Below are positions 52,641-64,000 of a stretch of 64,000 nucleotides of DNA, in pieces (positions within the stretch are counted from its first letter, which is position 1; each line of letters opens with the position of its first letter). Source of the DNA: Octopus sinensis (Eukaryota); the NCBI RefSeq assembly GCF_006345805.1, contig NC_042998.1:21328001-21392000 (forward strand), in the 5' to 3' direction. The notes under the pieces are model-generated. The model saw only the letters and a program-made list of their open reading frames with translations. It had not been told where the DNA came from and made no database searches. Position numbers and translations under genes: made by a program.

Positions 52641-55000
52641 TGATATTACACTGTTCATCTGATCTCTGGTCTTTTTAAAATTCTGTTGGATCTACGCCTT
52701 CATTGACTCTTAAGGTTCCCTGCATTTTCACTGTTTCAATCATTTTTTCTTTACTCCCCTTGACAGACCAAGCCAGGCTATTCTCCTCTTCCCTTACACA
52801 ACCTTCACAACACACCAATACCTGTCCTTTTCTCTTTATATACAATCTTGACACATCACTCTTCGGGTGTTGATACTTGTTGATACGTGTTCTCCGGTCC
52901 ATCTCTTGTAATTCATGCTTCTTCCACAATACAATTCCTGCCTCATATCTCATCAAAGCAACCGCCTACGTGTTGATTGCTCTAATCTTATAGCGGCCAT
53001 TTAGATTCGATTGGATCACAAGCCGAGTTCTCTTCAAATACTCTTTCCTGTACAGTTCTTTCATCTTCTGTTCATTCATCTTATCTCTTTCAGTGATACC
53101 CATGTATTTATATTCTTCCTTTCCGATTTCCTTTATAGTTTCACTACTTTCCAGCTTGATCCATGGCTTTTACTGATTTTTCCCCTTTAGAAATTACCAC
53201 ACTACATTTCTCGATCCCAAATTCCGAGCCAATATCTTTGCTAATCATCTGTACAATAGCCGCCAAACTCACAATTATTTTCAGTCTTAGCAAATAGCTT
53301 TATGTCATCCATAAACCACAGGTTGTTTACTTTCACCCTGCCTATCATGTACAACACAAGCATCATTCTTAAAACGCTCGTTTGTGGCAGTATGCAGACA
53401 ACAAATAAGAGAGGCGATAGACTGTCCCCTTGAAAGATTCCCCTTGTGATATTTACCTCTCCCAACTTGTCTCCCCATGCTGTGAGTTCAGTTCGCCACG
53501 TTGCCATTGAGCTTCCTGCTCTAACGTTTACACCCTAATTGTCCCGCTGGTAGCAGGTCGATATCATCTGGATACATGCGGATGCTGTTTGATATGATGC
53601 CCATCATCAGTTTCCATATCAGTGGCAAACAAGAAATTGGTCGGAAATTTCCAACCGCATTCCCTTTATTTGGGTCCTTCTGGCATAGTATCGTTCTTCC
53701 AATCGTCATACAGGCCGCCACTTGAATCTCACTACTCAGTATTTCGTCCATCTGTTTTGCAAATTCTCCTGAGCAGAATTGTCAAGTTTTTTAGCCAAAA
53801 GCCCTGAACCACATCTGGCCCAGGCACGTCCCATCTCTGAATTCTCCTGCACTGATCTCTACTCATATCGGTTATTCTCAAATCCTCCTGCTGATACTCC
53901 CCACTCTCATTGAGTATCTTTAACCACTCTGCTTCAGTTTCGGGTTGTTACTCCTGAGACCATATGTTTAATCAGAATCTCTTGCTTTCTTCAGCATCAG
54001 GAAAGAGTTCTTCACCTTTTTCTTTCCCATCAAGTTCCTGATAGACTCCTGCTCAATTCTTTGTTCATAACCCTTAGTTTATGTGCTTTTGCTTACAGCC
54101 TCTGTTTTAATTCCTCAATCAATCATAATATGCATTCCTTTCTCTTCACCCTACACTTCCTCTCTAGCTCAACATATTTCTCTCGCTGAACATCATTTCT
54201 CTTTTTCCGTTCCATAATATTAATATGCTTTCTGGTCTCGTTAATAGATTGCGTTATTCTCCTTTTCCACCATAGTACCTTTGGGTTAGCGTGACATTTA
54301 CCTTTGGCTTTCAAACCTAACTTCCGGGCTATAAAGATCGAGATTGCATTTATCAGTTTGTTGGTGTCTATAATGTCAGTCCTGATATCATCAGTGATAC
54401 CATTTATCTTCCTCACCCATTTATTGAGTTTCTTTCTGTTTACTTTTTAAACGCCAGATAAAAGCTCTGTTCACCAGAAGTCCAAATATCAAAGATTTCA
54501 TTTAAAATGGATAACTGTTCCTCGGTTCCGTTATCGCTTTCCTGTCCAATAATCTCAGCTTCATGCTCGTTTTCTTCACTTAACTCTACAGCCATAATTT
54601 CACTATCTGCATTCTCTTCCTCATCCTTCTGTTCACTGCTGGTCTTACTATCCCTAAGGACCTGTTGCTTAATGCTTTCTAGTTCAGCTGGAGATAACCA
54701 TTCATTCTTTCTGATGGCTCTAGCTGGGTCACGCAGATTTTATTCACTTAATTCAAATAGGCCTCTGTCGCCCCATGCCCTGCGCATTCCTTTCCTATAT
54801 CCCCTAGCAGATATTTCATTATCATTTCTCGGATTACCCAGAAAGTATCACTCCATTAAAACCACATTCATTTCTTTCGTCCACCTTCTTTTAGCAGTTG
54901 CTTGATGACGACTGAACCCACGCTGCTCAATCGTGGGGTCCCTGCCGGGCAAGAGACCGCGAGATGTTCCAGCCTCATTCACGCCGATTTTATTTGATAT
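52640..55000 (-). mobile_element. R4/Dong LINE 5' two-thirds (paralogous to 13463-15625)
   Basis: [43 protein letters not shown]. Confidence 0.88.
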
Positions 55001-55019
55001 TTCAGCACTCATGATGAGG

Positions 55020-56761
<1,742 letters not shown>

Positions 56762-56806
56762 AATCCCATGAGAATTATATTATGTTTTTGATTTCTTTCT
56801 TTTCAG

Positions 56807-56917
56807 ATACCAAACCAGCAATCACAATATGTTGACGATAAGCTGACTGCAGCAATTCTTGTCACAATTTTCTGCTTTTTTCCGACAGGTATTCCTGCTA
56901 TTATATTTGCATATCAA
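56807..56917 (+). CDS. Gene B exon 3: first half of CD225 domain
   Basis: ttttcAG...GTAAGT, 111 nt: IPNQQSQYVDDKLTAAILVTIFCFFPTGIPAIIFAYQ. Confidence 0.88.
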
Positions 56918-57147
56918 GTAAGTAAAATGCAAACATTTCTTGCAAGAAATTCTATTTATTTTCATACATTTTATCCGGTCGTGGCCGTATGGTAAGAAGT
57001 TTGCTTCTCAACTACATGGTTCCGGGTTCAGTTCTACCGCACCTGGGACAGGTGTTTTCTGCAATAGCCACGTGATGATCAAAGACTGGTGAGTGTATTA
57101 AGCAGATAGAAACAGAAAACCCCGTCACACACACATACAAACACACG

Positions 57148-57234
<87 letters not shown>

Positions 57235-57244
57235 TTGAATATAT

Positions 57245-57690
57245 GTTTTGTGTGGCTTCCCTTAACTTGAATATTTGTTTCAATGCGCCAGAGAAGAGAT
57301 GCGTGCAAATCCTTTCATCACATTCACAGTATTTGAGGCCATTCTCTGTGGCTGCTTTCCCCCAACTCTTGAAACTGCGTGGATTCTTCTGACAAACTTT
57401 TATCTTTAGTTCTGTCCACATTTGCTCGATGATGTTCAAGTCAGGGCTCAGTGCTGACTAAACTCTTGATACGGTAACTCTTTCATCGGCCAGACTCTGT
57501 TGTGTTGTACATGATCTGTTACAAGAAATTCCGTCATGCTGAAAAATCTCACCTTCATCCAAGTCTGGTAACAAATTGTCCTTCAGCAACTATACTTATT
57601 TGGTACTATTCAAGTTACCATCAATTTTAACCAACGTTCTTGAAACAACACTTTTCATGTATCCCCAAAACATCAGACTTCTACCCGCAA
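57245..57690 (-). mobile_element. Tc1/mariner transposase fragment
   Basis: SLMFWGYM...IDGNLNS..Y..LLKDNL...FQHDG...SPDLNIIEQMWTELK. Confidence 0.8.
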
Positions 57691-57699
57691 ACTAGTTAT

Positions 57700-58620
57700 T
57701 TCAGTTGGGGAAGTGAAGGAAATCAGCAACAAATGGGCAACTGGATATCCGCTGGGAGTCCAAGGCAACTGGATCAAACGATTTGGTGAATATCATGCAC
57801 GAATAGCTGCGCAAATCAACACCTTGTTAAATGCCGACCAAGGAACACCAGAGTGGTTGACATTAGGTAGGACAGTGCCGTGCTTGAAAAACATGGACAA
57901 AGGCAATACAGTAGACAATTACAGGCCGATATTCTGTTTGCCACTTATGTGGAAACTATTGACTGGAATACTCGCAGAGTCAATGTACGGACATCAAGAA
58001 AAAAGAGCAGAAGGGTTGCAAGCGTAAGTGCAAAGGTACGAAGGATCAACTTCTGATAGACAAAACTGTACTTAGAGATTTCAAGAGGAGGAAAACTAAC
58101 TTAGCCATGTCATGGATCGATTATCGTAAGGCGTACGATATGATCCCACTTCCAAACCATCTTTATGTCTCTCATCGAGCAAGCTATCACTGTTACTTTC
58201 CTGTAGTTTATAAGATATTTCACCTCTGTTTTCTGCTATCAGATTACTTTTATCAGTAGGAACAGTATTTTCATCGCTGCCTCTGCTGCTGTTTTGCAAT
58301 ACCCGTCTTTTGATAGCTTCGAGCTCTACTTCCTCACATAATCTCTGTACCGTGAGTTGAAACAATTCCCTGGTATACATCGCAACTCCACAAGGAGTTT
58401 TTCTCTCCTGTCATTTCGATATACAACACACTTCGGCATGTGTCTCTCAGCATTTGTTATATCAGCGATGCCATGCAATTCGCTTCATTACATGTATCCA
58501 AGTCTCTTAGGTATGAGGTTTTCTGCTGGCGGGAAGTTACCAGTTTCCTGGCATTCGACAGCAACAGTGGTAGGACGTGTTGGATGACAATAACGATAAC
58601 TTGTCTGACATTTGTGGTAG
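57700..58620. mobile_element. Two R4/Dong fragments in opposite orientation (57700-58160 +, 58160-58620 -)
   Basis: [38 protein letters not shown] (+); QRLCEEVELEAIKRR (-). Confidence 0.75.
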
Positions 58621-59427
58621 CGTCAGGAATGGGCTGCCTGGAAATTTAACAGTTTATGGTTGTCTGGTGTGCAGTTTTTATGCAGTGTTTGATGTAACCT
58701 AGTCATCTGACTTACAATATCTTACACCATACACCCAAAAGTTGTTCAGCTGCTTTTGTCTCGGTTATGTGTATAGGTTGTTTTTTTCTGCGGAGCAATA
58801 CGTTCAACAGTTGAATATGTCCAACGAGGAGGCAGTGTGTGTTGTGACCTTTTTTCGTGCCCTTGGTGATCTTGTTGGATGGGTTTGTCTCCTCAGAATA
58901 ATTAGGTAATGGCAAACATTCAAGTCCTGCTATTATTGTAAGGCATGAACTTATTGCATCAAAATATTTTAACAGCAACAATAAAGTATTTTCGAGCTGA
59001 GTTCAACATTAGATCATATCCAGATAAACCCATCTATGATATTTCAGGCATTTTGTTTCACTGTATTAAGATTACATAATACAATGGGATATTATCCAAT
59101 ATCATTTTTTAAAGAGATCATATTTTTACTTGAGGAATTTAACTACTATTTCAAACAGGTTAATTTGCTTCCTACTGGTTGTGACAGAAACTGCTGAAGG
59201 TTCCCTCGTGGACATCATAAGGATTTCGTTCTAGGGATTGCAGAGGAAAAGCAAAACAAAAGGTCCGAAACAAGATCAAACCAACAGCATGATTACGATG
59301 ATCCTTATATGAAGGGTCACTTGTAATACTTGTTTGCTCCATGAAGTCTAACAATAATCGTTTCAACTATTTCAACCACATCAATCTTGTTTTACTCATC
59401 TTTAATATCTCTGCCAACTTACCATTA

Positions 59428-59660
59428 TATTTTTCTTTACTACCCACAAGGGGCTAAACACAGAGAGGACAAATAAGGACAGAAAAAGGGATTAAGTCGA
59501 TTACATCGACCCCAGTGCGTCACTGGTACTTAATTTATCGATCCCGAAAGAATGAAAAGCAAAGTCGACTTCGGCGGAATTTGAACTCACAACATAACGA
59601 CAGACGAAATACGGCTACGCATTTCGCCCGGCGTGCTATCGTTTCAGCCAGCTCGACGTC
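59428..59660 (-). mobile_element. SINE family A
   Basis: Family A core. Confidence 0.88.
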
Positions 59661-60202
59661 TTAATCTAGTCTACATATAATAGCTCTAACACCTCAGTAG
59701 CCATCAACAAAGAAAAAGCATGACTTTTCGCAGCTTTGATGAAATATCTACTTCTATAAGAGCAGCGGTTATGAAACTGACTAATAATATCAGTTCACTA
59801 CCACCACAACTACACCCGCCCTGCAAAAATATCGGTGGAATTTGTCGTCAAGGTAACACCCCCACCATGCGTTCCTTTATTAAGAAGAAACAATATTGTT
59901 CATCCTTATAATTCTATATAATTGCTGTTGTTAAGGCGATAAGCTGGCAGAATCGATTGCACGTCGAGAAAAATATTTAGCGGTATTTTGAACGTCTTTA
60001 AATTCTGAGTTCAAATCTCTCCAGGTCCACTTTGTCTTTCATCCTTTAGGGATAAATACAATATGTACTTGTTGAGTGCTGGGCTCGATGTAATTCACCT
60101 ACCCACTCACCCCAAATTGCTTAGAAACCAACATATTTGTTGTCGTTGGGTCTTATTAGCGTTCTTTAAATGTAAACTAACTCTTGTCTTTCTGTCTTCT
60201 AG

Positions 60203-60364
60203 GCAAACTCAATGGCCCGAATGGGAAATATAGCAGATGCAAACGAAGCAAACATTAAGGCAAGACATTTCATCAGAATATCAGTAATTTTTGGTTTTAT
60301 AATTACGCTTGGAACCATCCTACCCCTTATTATAGTATTTTCGGTTGTTAGCGGTATTAATTGA
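60203..60364 (+). CDS. Gene B exon 4 (terminal): second half of CD225 domain + TM helix
   Basis: tcttctAG acceptor; ANSMARMGNIADANEANIKARHFIRISVIFGFIITLGTILPLIIVFSVVSGIN*. Confidence 0.88.
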   Translation, partial: ANSMARMGNIADANEANIKARHFIRISVIFGFIITLGTILPLIIVFSVVSGIN

Positions 60365-61329
60365 AGTGTGTTCTTTTTTTATATACTCGATTAATTTATT
60401 TTTAAATATATTGAGGACTTCAGTCAATAAGGGGTATATTTCACAACAAATGGCGAATTTAAATATTGAACAATGATATATAAGCTTATCGGTGAATTCT
60501 ATGGCTTCAGCCTGATTGCAAGAATCCATAAAGCAGTAAAACTATGAGAGTATAGAGATATTCCTGAAAGACTTTTACCATTTCTTCTCTCCAATTTTAT
60601 CATCCTCGAAAGCAATTGATGTTGTTGTATTTTGTTTTTATCTGAATCTTCTTCTTCATTATGACAAGAACTATCATATTTGAGAATAATTTTATAAGCA
60701 CAATTGTTAAATAAAGCAAACTTTAAAACATTTTTGAAAATGTTGGCTTAAAATCAGTTATTCATTTTCGGGTTTAACATTTATGTGAGCCTTAATTCGG
60801 TTCAACACAAATTAGACACTAGATACACAAAAAATTAACTGTTATACACATACCTTGACAAATATCGCTATACATGCTAACGCAATATTCTAGTAAATTG
60901 TAGATAGAAACGGCTAAACCTGAAATCTATATTCAAACATTGACCACAAATGTAGAGGAATATTTCTTTAGCTTCCATTCATAAATATTTTGGTTAATAT
61001 TGGTTTAAATATTTCTTGTTATCATGCGAAATAATGATAAGTGGAGTTTACGACAAACATACGTATGGAATTTTGCAGACAAGAAACTGCAGACAAGAAA
61101 GTGAAGCTGTATGGACAGCAGCGAAAGACGGGATATCTACCCTTATAAAACTGAAAAAATATACCTTACCAGTGGACGGCAACGACATTCGAATCTGCAC
61201 TCGTCAGATAACGTCTACTAATGAATTTTATAACAAAATAATAGTTATTTAATATTTGTAAATATATATCAACAAAACAATTTAGATATTCCACGACATC
61301 GACAGCAGCGGTAGTAATGACTACAATAT

Positions 61330-61650
61330 TGACTGACCATGGGATTGCACCTAGAAAGATACCCTCCCAGGCACAAGTCCGGGCGAGGTTGTTTATGGAA
61401 GACCAGTAGTCGCCCATGCATACCGGCCTCTCCTCTCCACGCCACTTGTGTTATCCAAGGGAAAGGCAACGACAGATACAGCTTAGCACCTGTGACGTCG
61501 CAACTCATTTCGACAGCTGAGTGAACTGGAGCAACGTGAAATAAAGTGTCTTGCTCAAGAACACAACACGCAGCCCGGTCCGGGATTCGAACTCACAACT
61601 TTCCGATCGAAAACTCGACGCTCTAACCACTGAGCCATGTGCCTTCATTG
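61330..61650 (-). mobile_element. tRNA-derived SINE family C
   Basis: ggctcagtggttagagcg A-box, gttcgaatccc B-box, gttcttgagcaagacacttt central domain. Confidence 0.85.
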
Positions 61651-62261
61651 ACCATAATAATTACTTCTACTAACACTTCTGCTGTTGTTGTTGCTGCTGC
61701 TACTACTACTACTTGCCAAAGACTCAAGTGGAAATGCACTAACGAGAAATGTTGGCAGGCATGGACTTCATCAGCCGAGACTGACCAAACAGCGCCGTCC
61801 AAGTGCAATTCTTAAAGGAGATCCTCGGAAAGTAAATCATCCAGCTGACCTATGTAGTAGTGAAGAACTTATCCTCATTCCCACTTATCTGAGAGCTAGT
61901 GTGAATATATCTGATGTGCCACCAGAAGTGGTCATCTGGTGAGTGGTGGTATGCAGAGATTTGGAGTTAAGTGATATTCTCCCGGAGAATCGCTAGGAGA
62001 ATTGATTAGGAAAAGTACAGCAAGTTTCATTAGATGAAACTAGAATATCTGGAAAAGAACTTGAGCTGACGCAGATCACTAACAAGGCGGACATTCACGT
62101 CATTCTGGACCAAACATCACGTACGGGGTGATGCCAACCGCCAGGTGGCATTCTGCCCGCAATAGATTTTGAAATTAAGGAGGCAACGCCGTTTCAAGCA
62201 TCACAAACACCAAGGCAGGATTACAATGCCAGCATTAATAATAATGACCCCCTTCGGTCAG

Positions 62262-62581
62262 ATACTGACCATGGGTTTGCACCTAGAGAGTTACCCTCTG
62301 AGGCACAAGTCTGGGCAAGGTTGTTTTATGGAAGACCAGCAGTCGCCCATGCATACCGGCCTCCCCTCTCCACGTCACCGATGTTGTCCAAGGGAACGGC
62401 AAGGGCCGATACAGCTTGGCACCTGTGACGTCGCAACTCATTTCTACAGCTGAGTGAACTGGAGCAACGTGAAATAAAGTGTCTTGCTCAAGAACACAAC
62501 ACGCAGCCCGGTCCGGGATTCGAGCTCACAACCTCACAATCGTAAGCTCGACGCTCTAACCACTGAGCCACGCGCCTTCAC
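62262..62581 (-). mobile_element. tRNA-derived SINE family C, second copy
   Basis: High similarity to 61330-61650. Confidence 0.85.
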
Positions 62582-63388
62582 TTCTAATGCCAGCATTAGA
62601 ACACAATTATAATATTAGCAATAGTAATAGCAAGAAAAGCAGCATCAAAATTGCGTTTATGAATGTGTTCATGGTCATTTCGTTCTCAGAAATTTATGTT
62701 TGAGCATCTGCGTGCGAGTATGTGGTCTAATATGCGTGCATACATGGTCGGATCGATGTTCTGAGTGAATATTGTATGATCGTATGTATGTGTTGTGTGC
62801 AAATGAGTGAGTGTTTGCTTATGTGATCGCATTCATGCATGTGCGTGTGTGCATAACTGGTGAGTGTTTGCGTCGTGAAGGTTTTTGAATAGGCAAGCGT
62901 CTCGATATCTGTTAGCTTGTGCGTGTGTGTTATTATCATAGGTGAAATGGCTCTCTCAAAATACAAATTTACGTCCCACTCCTTCTCAATTTTTTTCTTT
63001 TTTCTTTTTTCTTCTCTCTTGCTTGTCAAGGTCAAAAAATATTTTATATATAAAAAGCCCAAGAAATCTAACTTTAATCCAATTTTTGACAAATCCGATA
63101 ACGGAAGAGAGCGCTAAAAGTGAAAATAAAGTGTAAATATTAAATATATATATATATATATTTATATTATATTGAGGGTACTACTATTCGTAGATACCAA
63201 CACGCTAAGAGGGACCAATGCGGTCAAAACTACTAAAAATAAACAAAATTTTACCGAATGCAAAACTTCAAAACACATCATTTTAAAAAAGAATTCAGTT
63301 ACATATCACATGTGATTTCGCATTTAATGCAGAATATGCATTTCATGTTCATCAGTGCAACAAACTCAAGAAATATAAGAGAAAAACA

Positions 63389-63575
63389 TAACATTACAAG
63401 CTCGATAGCCAACCGTAGAATTCGTCGTAGCATGTACGAATGTTTATCTTTACATATCTATGAAAATGGCGGGCTTATTCGCAATGCATTTCGGTAACAA
63501 ATTGTCTAGTCGGAATAAAAATTCCGGGACCAATTCAGTATTGAACTATTACAAGCTATCGAGCTTGTAATGTTA
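63389..63575. mobile_element. Small MITE-like inverted repeat (TA + 19-bp TIR)
   Basis: taacattacaagctcgatagc (63389-63409) / gctatcgagcttgtaatgtta (63555-63575), perfect. Confidence 0.55.
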
Positions 63576-63957
63576 AGAAATGATTATAGTAGTAGAGAAA
63601 TCAATTCGATATAAATATAGTCGCTCATCAGCTTAAAAATAAAGTGATTTCTCTACTACTATAATCATTTCTTAAATATAGCCGCGAAACACGTGTCGTT
63701 TTTCTACCTATTATATACGTTTTTATTATTATTTTTGCAATTTACCTAATCTTTACATTTTATTGTTATTTTAATTTTAACTTATCTATTATATGTAATT
63801 TTCTAGATGATGTAATTTAATTGTTCATTTTGAATTGATAAAAGGTGTTTTTTTTCTAATTTATATATATATATATTATATTGTGTGAAATTTTATTTAG
63901 TATTTCTAAATTGAATTTCTTCCTTGTAAGTTTATATTTTATTCCCTCAAATAATAA

Positions 63958-64000
<43 letters not shown>

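Overview
AT-rich, microsatellite-saturated eukaryotic DNA, almost certainly an Octopus (coleoid cephalopod) genome; this is inferred from recognisable octopus tRNA-SINE families and R4/Dong LINEs. The only host genes are two tandem + strand paralogs encoding a Pro-rich (GYPPQx)n N-terminus plus a C-terminal CD225/dispanin (IFITM/PRRT1-like) membrane domain. Gene A: exons 12659-13107, 18189-18299 and 22239-22388; its first exon was not found. Gene B: exons 32624-32633, 35914-36269, 56807-56917 and 60203-60364 (212 aa). Their membrane-domain exons are more diverged than the neighbouring introns, and gene A carries a truncated relic of the original exon 3 directly upstream of a replacement exon 3. 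The rest is mobile DNA. It includes Penelope-like fragments with two hammerhead ribozymes, a multi-kb inverted repeat centred on a Penelope fragment, and a pile-up of R4/Dong LINEs in (TAA)n tracts. It also includes Tx1/L1, CR1 and RTE LINE pieces, a 2.3-kb ORF1-only (half-L1-like) element with a retained 5'UTR intron, pogo and Tc1 remnants, MITEs, and three SINE families, one of them forming a higher-order tandem array. All alignments and counts were done by eye; repeat boundaries are approximate (+/- tens of bp) unless a TSD or splice site is given.
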